A program made the translations under genes and the position numbers. Positions 1-7,736 of a DNA stretch of 64,000 bases are shown here, piece by piece (within the stretch, counting starts at the first letter, position 1; each line of letters opens with the position of its first letter). Source of the stretch: a virus (Duplodnaviria > Heunggongvirae > Uroviricota > Caudoviricetes); the IMG/VR virus record IMGVR_UViG_3300033153_012477, positions 119,437 to 183,436 of that record; one strand, given 5' to 3'. A model generated the notes under the pieces. That model saw nothing but the letters and a program-made list of their open reading frames with translations. It was not told the origin of the DNA and did no database searches.

Positions 1-345
1 GACGAGGCTCTTGCAGATAGACCCTCTCGTTTTGACAAGCGGTACAGAATAGGTCTTCCTAGTAAAAAAGCTAGAGCTAAATTTTTAATAAAGTTTTTTC
101 CTGAATTAAAAAAAGAAAAGAAAAGATTAGAGGAGCTAGTAGGGTCTACTAAGGACTTTAGTGGAGCTTACTTTAAAGAACTCTTTATCATGGTTGGGAT
201 ACAAAGAACCACTTTAGAAGAAGCTGTGAAAACTCTTAGTAAACAGATAAAAAATTTCAAGGATAAAAAGTTTGATCCTAAGAGCAGTAGAGGTATCGGT
301 TTAGGTAATGACCTGATGGAAGAATGCGGTGAGGAGTATTACTAA
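1..345 (+). CDS. AAA+ ATPase, C-terminal part (5'-truncated by window edge)
   Basis: Frame 1 is open from base 1 to TAA 343-345: DEALADRPSRFDKRY (second region of homology D.AL..RP.RFD) then STKDFSGAYFKEL (lid T.gfSGA.L.EL of classic AAA proteins). Not in the ORF track because it has no start. Stop overlaps the next ATG (TAATG). Confidence 0.8.
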   Translation, partial: DEALADRPSRFDKRYRIGLPSKKARAKFLIKFFPELKKEKKRLEELVGSTKDFSGAYFKELFIMVGIQRTTLEEAVKTLSKQIKNFKDKKFDPKSSRGIGLGNDLMEECGEEYY

Positions 346-551
346 TGATAAATGAATTTGTACAAGTAACAGATAACAATTCAGAAGAAAAATATCTTAT
401 TAACCTGAGTGATATTTCATTTATTCGTGAGAAATCCGATGATGATACCTCGGTAGTGAGGCTTAAGAGTAGAGAGAAACTTTTTTTTCATGTAAAAGAA
501 TCTTTTGAATCTTTTGAAGAGTTTTTTGAAGAGTTGAAAGAAGATGAGTAA
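345..551 (+). CDS. small hypothetical protein, weak FlbD-like pattern
   Basis: 68 aa, coupled to both neighbours; pattern FVQVT..N....YLINL..I..I.E....T.V.L.....F.VKES recalls FlbD-family small proteins (recollection only). Confidence 0.55.
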   Translation: MINEFVQVTDNNSEEKYLINLSDISFIREKSDDDTSVVRLKSREKLFFHVKESFESFEEFFEELKEDE

Positions 552-1557
552 CTCAGTAAATAAGACTATAGGAAAAATATTAAATTTTAAAGAGGGTGCC
601 TCTAAAGTGAGTCAGCATCATAATCTTTATGTGGCTGTAGGTAATGAACCTTTTTATCGAGATCAAATCTTTAATAGATTAAAGTACACCTATACCCAGG
701 TTCTAAAAGAAGAGGTGGAGATAATTAAGATTGATTGTGCAGAGTCTTCTGAACCAGAGATATTTAGTAAGATGTTAGCTAGAGATCTTTTCACAAAGAA
801 AAGATTGATACATCTCAAAAATTTCACAAAAATAAAAAAATTAGAATTCTTTACCGAGAGAACCTTTAAGGATTCCATTGTTTTTGAGACAGAAAAAGCG
901 GGTAGGTCAAAAGCTTACAAGGAACTGTTAAAAAAGACTATAACTATTGACTGTGGAAAACCTAAACCTTGGTTAGAGGAGAGTGATGCTCAAGGTAAAA
1001 TTATAGGATACTTGAAAGGTAAGGGATACTCAATAACACAAGATACAGCTAGATACATGTATGAGCAGATTGGATACAACCTCTATAAGCTAATGAGTGA
1101 GTTAGATAAAATCGTTATGTATAAAGGGGATTTAAAGTTAATAGGTCCTGAGATTACCGTTGAGGATATTGATAGTATTTGTGTAAAAGGGATGCACTAT
1201 AATGTGTTTGACCTAATCGATAAAATCCTTACTGGTAAAAAGAAGGATGCTCTTTTTCTGCTAGAAAAAATATTTAAGCATGAAAGTAGTCCTGGTATTC
1301 TACTAATTAGCCTTTGGTATACCCACTTTGAGAACATTTTGTACCTGAAGTGTACCAGCAAAAAGGATTCAGATTTAGCGACATATATAAAGATGCCACC
1401 GATGGTAATTCAGAGAAAACTAATTCCTCAATCTAAAAAGATACCCACGGATAAGATTGTAGAAAGCATGAATTACCTAACTGAGGTTGATCACAACCTG
1501 AGAAAGGGTAGCTTTGACTTAAAGTACTACTTAGAAAAGTTCATATTAGATTATTGA
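544..1557 (+). CDS. holA: DNA polymerase III delta subunit-like (clamp-loader) protein
   Basis: 337 aa; N-terminal YVAVGNEPFY, DLFTKKRLIHLK, IGYNLYKLMSELDKI, NVFDLIDKIL..KKKDAL.LL, L.EVDHNLRKG and LEKFIL match the HolA domain layout and length. Confidence 0.8.
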   Translation: MSNSVNKTIGKILNFKEGASKVSQHHNLYVAVGNEPFYRDQIFNRLKYTYTQVLKEEVEIIKIDCAESSEPEIFSKMLARDLFTKKRLIHLKNFTKIKKLEFFTERTFKDSIVFETEKAGRSKAYKELLKKTITIDCGKPKPWLEESDAQGKIIGYLKGKGYSITQDTARYMYEQIGYNLYKLMSELDKIVMYKGDLKLIGPEITVEDIDSICVKGMHYNVFDLIDKILTGKKKDALFLLEKIFKHESSPGILLISLWYTHFENILYLKCTSKKDSDLATYIKMPPMVIQRKLIPQSKKIPTDKIVESMNYLTEVDHNLRKGSFDLKYYLEKFILDY

Positions 1558-1569
1558 CAGGAGAAAATT

Positions 1570-1908
1570 ATGAAAAATGGAAATCAGCCCTTCAACCCTT
1601 TTCTTAACAAGCTAAAGGATTTACCAGCAGCACCTCAAAGACCCCCCTCACTAGATGAATTAGATCCAGTGATTTGCCCAAAATGCGGTAACAGTATCTT
1701 TGATCGTTATTTCAAAATGTTTAAGATGAGTGCTCTTAAAACAGCTAGTGGAAAAGAACAGGTTTTTAATGTTCCTGTTTATGTTTGTGCCTCTTGTGCT
1801 GAGATTTTAGACATGAGTAATGCAGATAATTCTACGGAAGAAACTACTAAAGAAACAGAGAAAGAAAAAGACGATAAAGCGGAAAATCCCATTGACAAAG
1901 AAAAGTAG
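1570..1908 (+). CDS. zinc-ribbon hypothetical protein
   Basis: CPKCG...CASC pair, acidic tail; RBS AGGAG upstream. Confidence 0.7.
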   Translation: MKNGNQPFNPFLNKLKDLPAAPQRPPSLDELDPVICPKCGNSIFDRYFKMFKMSALKTASGKEQVFNVPVYVCASCAEILDMSNADNSTEETTKETEKEKDDKAENPIDKEK

Positions 1909-1939
1909 AGTTGTCAAAATTTTATAAACTTAAAAAGAA

Positions 1940-2533
1940 GTGATTATGGAAGATTTTGAATTACAATTTGTGAAAGACCTACCCAAGGATAACAATAACT
2001 ATTCTGTTATTTTCGGAGATAAGAAATATAATGGTTGGTTTAAGTACACCCTAGAGTCAGAAGAATTCACGGACCTGATTGTTCGATTTAGACTGCCTAA
2101 AACATTACACTTATATGGTGATGTAGCTAGGCAATTTCTACCTGAAGAAAGACTTGTCGGAATACACAGGATGCTCTTAGGTAAAGACTTACAGGAAGAG
2201 ACTAAAGACCTACTTAACATTGATTCAATCAATGACTATGTAGCAACTCTAGAAGAGGATAAGGTTACTGAACTTTTAGGAAGGATGAAAAATATCATCA
2301 CTTTTAACTGTAACAAAATACCTTATCTACATATTAGAATCAGAAAAAGTTTAGGTCTTACTGAATCAGATTATGTAGAAATTATTAAAAAAAATATTGA
2401 AGAACACCCAAATTACATCAACATATTTTATGATGTGTTAAACGAAAACATCAACATAACTGAAGCAACCGAAAAATCTAATGGAATGATTTACAGCGAG
2501 TACTTTGAGTTAGCCAACAATAATGGAGTATAA
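1940..2533 (+). CDS. hypothetical protein
   Basis: 197-aa ORF in operon, overlapping the nrdJ start; true start may be ATG at 1946. Confidence 0.65.
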   Translation: MIMEDFELQFVKDLPKDNNNYSVIFGDKKYNGWFKYTLESEEFTDLIVRFRLPKTLHLYGDVARQFLPEERLVGIHRMLLGKDLQEETKDLLNIDSINDYVATLEEDKVTELLGRMKNIITFNCNKIPYLHIRIRKSLGLTESDYVEIIKKNIEEHPNYINIFYDVLNENINITEATEKSNGMIYSEYFELANNNGV

Positions 2534-5045
2534 TAGCATGGATGCAAGTCAAACTTTTAAGCAAAAATTACCTAAAGAAGTGTGGGAACAAACATACAAG
2601 TGGGAAACCGATAATACTATAGCGGATACATTTCACAGAGAAGCGGGAGCTTTTGCATCTAATGAAAAAAAGTCTGATTTGTGGGAACCTAAATACTTTG
2701 ATATTTTATCAAATATGAGATATGTCCCAGGAGGACGAATCATAAGTAATGCTGGAACTAACCTTACAGGCACTAGTTGGATCAACTGTTTTGTTAGCGG
2801 CTTTAAAGGAAAAGATAGAGATAGCATTAAAGGTATCTATGCTGAATTAACTAGGCAAGCACGTATCTTAAAGAGTGAGGGAGGTTACGGTTTTTGTGTA
2901 AACACGCTAAGACCTTATGGAGCTTACATTAAAGGTATAGGATCAGAAAGTCCTGGTGCTGTCTCCATGCTTGACCTGTGGGACACTTCCTCTGCTGTTA
3001 TTACATCGGGTACTTCTGCAAAGAAGAACAAAGGTAAAGGGAAGAACAAAATTCGTAAAGGTGCTATGATGGTCACGATGTCTGTTTGGCATCCTGATAT
3101 TGAAGAATATATCGTGTCTAAACAACGCCCTGGTAAATTAACAAAATTTAATATGTCTGTGCTTGTCCATGACTCTTTCATGGAAGCTGTAGAGAAACAT
3201 CTTCCTTGGACTTTAGAATTTCCTATCACTGACTTTGAAAAATATGAAGAAGAGTGGGAAGGTAATATTTATACTTGGAAAGAAAAAGGTTACCCTACAA
3301 AAGTTTATAAAACCTATGAAGATGCAAATGAGTTGTGGGAGCTAATAACAAGCAGCACCTACCATAGAAATGAGCCTGGAATTATTTTTATTGATAGAGT
3401 AAACAAGCTTAATAATCTTTACTATTGTGAAGAGATCAGTGCTACAAACCCGTGCGGGGAACAACCGCTACCTCCAGATGCTTCTTGTAACTTAGGGTCG
3501 ATCAACCTAACCCAGTATGTACTTAAAGATAGATCAGGATTTGATTTTGAAAAATTAGAAAAAGATATTCCAAGCATTCTTAGAATGCAGGACTCAGTTA
3601 ATGAGCTGACAAATTTCCCATTAGAGGAGCAAAAAGAACAAGCTCTTTTAAAGAGAAGAGTTGGTGTAGGATATATGGGTTATGGTTCTGCTCTATATCT
3701 CTTAAGGCTAGGTTATGGTTCTAATAAAGCACTTAAAGTTACAGAAGAACTATGTTCCTTTGTCACAAATAAACTATACCAAGCTTCAGCTCTACTAGCT
3801 AAAGAGAAAGGCAGCTCTTTCCCAGCTTTTGACAAGGAAAAATTCCTAAAGTCAAATTTTGTTTTACAAGCATTAACTCCTGAAACCATAGAGATGATTG
3901 CTAAGTATGGTCTATGGAACTCTCATATCACCACTGTGGCTCCTACAGGTAACACTGGTATCTTTGCTAACCTTGTTTCTGGAGGACTTGAGCCTGTTAT
4001 CTCACACCTGTACACCAGAACATTAATGGTTCCAGAAATTCCAGAAGGATTAAACACTCCTATCAACATTAACTGGGACATTGATTCTTGTGATGAGAAA
4101 GGAAACTGGAAATGGATAAAAGAAGGGGATGAGTCTATTCTTAGGACTGAGTTCAACGGTACCATTTATAAGTTCGATAGAAATAGAGGACTTACAAAAG
4201 AAGAAGAAGTTTATGACTATGCTGTTTTAGAGCTTGGTGAAACTTTTTGGAAAGAAAAAGAAAAAGCAGAAAAAGCTGACAAAGATTTTTATGGTAAAAC
4301 TATATTTGACCTTAAAGTAGAAGACCATCTAACTACTATGGCAGTTTTTGCTAAATACGTAGACAGTGCTATTTCAAAAACAATAAATGTTCCTGAGGAC
4401 TATCCTTATGAGGACTTTAAAGAGGTATACACTAAAGCATTTAAGACAGGGACTATCAAAGGTATCACAACTTATCGTTGGGGAACAATGGCAAGTGTTA
4501 TCAGTGTTAAAGATGATAAAAAAGATACTGATACTGAGGGAAGACCTAAACATGTGGTAATTAATCACGCTCCTAAGAGACCTGAAGTTTTACCTTGTGA
4601 TATCCACCCAACACAGATCAAAGGTAAGAAGTATCAAGTGGTAGTGGGTATGTTAGAAGGTTACCCTTTTGAAATCTTTGCTGGAGAATATGTCGGTAAA
4701 CTTCCTGATAAAGGTCTTATAAGAAAAGCAGGATCTAAAAAATATATTTTAGAATGTGAAGGGCAAGAACCTATAAACTTACTTGATACTTTTGGTGAGC
4801 ATGGTTCTTATGGTTACTCTAAAATGTTACAGCATGGTGTCCCGCTGTGGTCTATCATAGACATGTGTGACAAGATGCTTGAAAATGTACTCGGCTTTAA
4901 CAAAGCTATGGGAAGAATAATTAAAAAGTACATTGAAAAAAAGGATATTAAATTTTTAAAGTGTGGAGAGTGTGGTTCAACAGAGATGTTTTTTCAAGAA
5001 GGATGTATTCTCTGCAGAAGTTGCGGCTACTCTAAGTGTTCCTAG
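2523..5045 (+). CDS. nrdJ: class II (adenosylcobalamin-dependent) ribonucleotide reductase
   Basis: PGGRII, NCFV, GGYG, TNPCGEQPL (radical Cys), CNLGSINL, RRVGVGYMG, TTVAPTG, DSAISKTINVP and C-terminal CGECGS..QEGC..C..CGYSKC; no ATP cone; no beta-subunit gene adjacent. Confidence 0.93.
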   Translation: MEYNSMDASQTFKQKLPKEVWEQTYKWETDNTIADTFHREAGAFASNEKKSDLWEPKYFDILSNMRYVPGGRIISNAGTNLTGTSWINCFVSGFKGKDRDSIKGIYAELTRQARILKSEGGYGFCVNTLRPYGAYIKGIGSESPGAVSMLDLWDTSSAVITSGTSAKKNKGKGKNKIRKGAMMVTMSVWHPDIEEYIVSKQRPGKLTKFNMSVLVHDSFMEAVEKHLPWTLEFPITDFEKYEEEWEGNIYTWKEKGYPTKVYKTYEDANELWELITSSTYHRNEPGIIFIDRVNKLNNLYYCEEISATNPCGEQPLPPDASCNLGSINLTQYVLKDRSGFDFEKLEKDIPSILRMQDSVNELTNFPLEEQKEQALLKRRVGVGYMGYGSALYLLRLGYGSNKALKVTEELCSFVTNKLYQASALLAKEKGSSFPAFDKEKFLKSNFVLQALTPETIEMIAKYGLWNSHITTVAPTGNTGIFANLVSGGLEPVISHLYTRTLMVPEIPEGLNTPININWDIDSCDEKGNWKWIKEGDESILRTEFNGTIYKFDRNRGLTKEEEVYDYAVLELGETFWKEKEKAEKADKDFYGKTIFDLKVEDHLTTMAVFAKYVDSAISKTINVPEDYPYEDFKEVYTKAFKTGTIKGITTYRWGTMASVISVKDDKKDTDTEGRPKHVVINHAPKRPEVLPCDIHPTQIKGKKYQVVVGMLEGYPFEIFAGEYVGKLPDKGLIRKAGSKKYILECEGQEPINLLDTFGEHGSYGYSKMLQHGVPLWSIIDMCDKMLENVLGFNKAMGRIIKKYIEKKDIKFLKCGECGSTEMFFQEGCILCRSCGYSKCS

Positions 5046-5062
5046 TTTAGGGTGTATCACCC

Positions 5063-5094
5063 CTGTTCTTGGTAAATTTATAAACCAAGAACAG
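5063..5094 (+). terminator. strong hairpin downstream of nrdJ (terminator or processing site)
   Basis: CTGTTCTTGGT-N10-ACCAAGAACAG perfect 11-bp stem; flanked by two weaker hairpins; no clear U-tract. Confidence 0.45.
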
Positions 5095-5206
5095 CCCCTG
5101 TAATAAAGGGTTTAGGTGATAATAGAAGTGATGCTTATATTAGCTTATAACAACCTAATATTTTCACTATAGGGAAGAATAAATTTTGGTTAAAGGAGAT
5201 AACCCG

Positions 5207-5482
5207 ATGAGTATAAGTACCCAAACTGTCTTGCTCGATTTTTACAGCGACATGTGTAACCCTTGTAAACTTTTAATGAATGATCTTGAATCTTTAACCC
5301 CTGAGTTAAATGGAATTGAGGTCAAGAAGTTAAATATAATGGAAAACTACGACCTAACTGAAAAATATAATATCAGATCTGTTCCAACTCTTATCGTTTT
5401 AAAAGGCGAAGAGAGCCATGCTTGCTACACAGGATATAGAGGAAAAGACGACTTAAAGAAATTTTTAGAAGAATCCTTGTAG
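5207..5482 (+). CDS. trxA: thioredoxin
   Basis: LLDFYSDMCNPCKLL (CxxC) and IRSVPTLIV cis-Pro motif; AAGGAG at 5193-5198 favours ATG 5207 over the track start 5186. Confidence 0.88.
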   Translation: MSISTQTVLLDFYSDMCNPCKLLMNDLESLTPELNGIEVKKLNIMENYDLTEKYNIRSVPTLIVLKGEESHACYTGYRGKDDLKKFLEESL

Positions 5483-5523
5483 ATACACTTTAGTTTTTTT
5501 ACTGCCAGTTGTATTATTAACTG

Positions 5524-5697
5524 ATGAGTACTAAAGACGAATTACAAGAAAAAATTAAATTTTTGCAAAAACAAATTGATGAGTGTGACAACGACGCTCA
5601 AGCAATTCTATTGCAGAAAAGTCTAATAGACTTGTTAAGTGAAGCATTTAAAAATAAAGACTTCTTATCTGAACTAATGAGTAAGAAAAAAGAATAG
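5524..5697 (+). CDS. small helical hypothetical protein (57 aa; below track cutoff)
   Basis: ATG 5524 to TAG 5695-5697: MSTKDELQEKIKFLQKQIDECDNDAQAILLQKSLIDLLSEAFKNKDFLSELMSKKKE; fills the gap after thioredoxin. Confidence 0.6.
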   Translation: MSTKDELQEKIKFLQKQIDECDNDAQAILLQKSLIDLLSEAFKNKDFLSELMSKKKE

Positions 5698-5795
5698 TTT
5701 ACTAATATATGAGATATTTTGTCTCATTGACACGTTATTCACTCTATTGAGCTTATTAACACTGTGGTCTGCTCAAGCCACCTATAAAGGAGAAT

Positions 5796-6683
5796 ATGAT
5801 GATGGGTTATTCTAATGGTTTCGTTGCGTCAATTATTTTAAAAAACAAACCCCTGAGAGAGTTTAAGTACGGCGGTAAAAGGACAGTTAAAATTCCTTTT
5901 GGATCTGAGTACATTATTCGCCTCAAGAACAAGTCTAAAGAACCAGCCTTAGTTGAGGTATCTATTGATGGTACTGACGTTCTAAACGGGGCAGAACTTG
6001 TCTTAAAAGCAGGGGAAACTATGGACCTAGAGAGGTTTGTAGATGACAATTCTAAAGGCAATAAGTTCAAGTACATTTCTCTAGAAGAAGGAGCATCTAC
6101 TGGTGAAATTGATGATCCTTACAGAGAAGAGAATGGTCTTATTAGAGTTAAGTTTCACAAAGCTTATCACATTCCTACTAACTACACTTTAACATCAACC
6201 CCAGCTTACCCTTTTTGTGGAGCCGTGATTAATCATGACTATTTCATTAAGGGAGGTCCCACACATCAAGTTAATGACATTAAGTTTGGGTCTAGTGTTA
6301 ACTTAACAGGCGTGGCTGACGTGGGTGTTGCTAGAGGGATGGTTTCTGATGGTGCAACTCAGGACTGTTACTTTTCTTCTGCAGTAACTAACAGCGACTC
6401 AAGTGATCTACCTCAAGATAAAGGTGCTACCGTTGAAGGGTCAGAATCAAGCCAGTCCTTCTCAACTACTTCTGAATATTTTAAATTAGGAGGAAGTCCT
6501 ACTGTTGTAGATATTTTCATGGTTGGACCAGATTACAAGGAAGAGACTCTAGTTATAGAATGGGGAGTCTTTGTAGGGACCGCTAAAGAACCTATCGCTA
6601 CTTTCAAAGATCAAAAACACGCACACCTTTTTGCAGGTAATGCTGATTTTGGAAAATCTTCTGTCACAATTAAAGAAGCCTAA
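5796..6683 (+). CDS. conserved large-phage protein of unknown function (beta-sandwich N-terminus)
   Basis: FVASI..K.KPLREF..TVKIPFGSEYIIRLKN...ALVEVSIDGTDV..LERF..GNKFK..ENGLIRVKF pattern, which I recall from jumbo-phage hypotheticals; AAAGGAG RBS. Confidence 0.75.
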   Translation: MMMGYSNGFVASIILKNKPLREFKYGGKRTVKIPFGSEYIIRLKNKSKEPALVEVSIDGTDVLNGAELVLKAGETMDLERFVDDNSKGNKFKYISLEEGASTGEIDDPYREENGLIRVKFHKAYHIPTNYTLTSTPAYPFCGAVINHDYFIKGGPTHQVNDIKFGSSVNLTGVADVGVARGMVSDGATQDCYFSSAVTNSDSSDLPQDKGATVEGSESSQSFSTTSEYFKLGGSPTVVDIFMVGPDYKEETLVIEWGVFVGTAKEPIATFKDQKHAHLFAGNADFGKSSVTIKEA

Positions 6684-6686
6684 ACT

Positions 6687-6720
6687 AAAAAACCCCCAAT
6701 TAAAACTGGGGGTTTTCATT
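6687..6720. terminator. bidirectional rho-independent terminator
   Basis: AAAACCCCCA-ATTAAAAC-TGGGGGTTTT hairpin (6689-6698/6707-6716) with A/T tracts on both sides, between convergent genes. Confidence 0.8.
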
Positions 6721-6759
6721 TAACACTTGTTTCAACTTTAAAGAGAAGGAGGGTTCCCT

Positions 6760-7722
6760 TTAGGAAATTTTCTCACATAGGGCATCAATATATTTTGTAA
6801 TATTAGCAATTTTTTTACTATTCTTTTTAACAGGAGCAGCAAACAAACTTTCTAATCTCGCTACAACACTCTCAAGAGTTTCTTCAGCACTGCTCTTCTT
6901 TTTAACACTTTTAAATCTTTCCATCATCTTTTCAAGACCTTCTTGTAACTTACCAAGATCCTCTTTCATTGAAAAACTATGGAGAAGTTCACGAATATCA
7001 TCGAATATTCGGCTGATCATTGGCTCGCCTAACTTTAGTTTTTCTGCTATTTCTTTTTGATCTAAATCTTTTTTCAATCTTAGTAAAAATACTTTGTTCT
7101 GATCATCGGAACCGTTTTGCTTTACATATTTAGTAGCTTTATCAGCTAAATCCTTATACTGCACTTCCTCTACAATATCTACTGCACCAGGAAGTCTGTC
7201 TAAGTCATTCTCTAAACCACCCTCATCAACATCTTTGATTAGAACTCGGTCCTCTTCTTTCTGCTGTGTCCTTCTGTAATTATTTAGGTGATTTTTTGTC
7301 ATAGTTTTTACTAGGTTGACAAATTGACCTTCTTTTCCTTCTAATTTTTCTCCATCTTCTTTCATATACTGAAAAATGTCTTTAAGGACTCTTTTTCCTT
7401 TAGACAAGTCGACACCTTCTTCTTCTTTTACTCTATCTTCCGCTCTAGGGTAGAATATCTTAATCTTAACCCAAGTAGAGACATCTTCTATTTGATCAGC
7501 AGCTAAGTCGTCCCCCAATTCTTTCTGTACAGCACTCTCGATAAGTTTATCAACATTTAAACCTGGCTTTAACTTCAAACCATGACTTCTAGCGGTGTCC
7601 TTTATATAGGAATCCCATTTAGCAGTAGCTGTTAAATAACGTGCGAAAGATACAGGATCAAAACTACTTTTAATAACATTAAATATGTAGTCAAGTTCTG
7701 CTACAACAGATTTCCTATTCAT
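6760..7722 (-). CDS. RNA polymerase sigma-70/ECF-like factor
   Basis: Region-2-like FVNLVKTMTKNHLNNYRR and region-4-like HTH DQNKVFLLRLKKDLDQKEIAEKLKLGEPMISRIFDDIRELL at ECF-like spacing; extra N- and C-terminal helical extensions. Confidence 0.65.
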   Translation of the reverse strand: MNRKSVVAELDYIFNVIKSSFDPVSFARYLTATAKWDSYIKDTARSHGLKLKPGLNVDKLIESAVQKELGDDLAADQIEDVSTWVKIKIFYPRAEDRVKEEEGVDLSKGKRVLKDIFQYMKEDGEKLEGKEGQFVNLVKTMTKNHLNNYRRTQQKEEDRVLIKDVDEGGLENDLDRLPGAVDIVEEVQYKDLADKATKYVKQNGSDDQNKVFLLRLKKDLDQKEIAEKLKLGEPMISRIFDDIRELLHSFSMKEDLGKLQEGLEKMMERFKSVKKKSSAEETLESVVARLESLFAAPVKKNSKKIANITKYIDALCEKIS

Positions 7723-7736
7723 TATTAGTCCCCTAA

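Noticed and set aside
2400-5045. Cobalamin riboswitch before nrdJ, or an intein/intron within it
   Set aside because: nrdJ overlaps the upstream gene, leaving no leader. No intein C1/HN-C motifs or LAGLIDADG/HNH segment were seen, and the length is normal.
5727-5760. Sigma-70 promoter from TTGACA at 5727-5732
   Set aside because: There is no acceptable -10 hexamer at 16-18 nt spacing.
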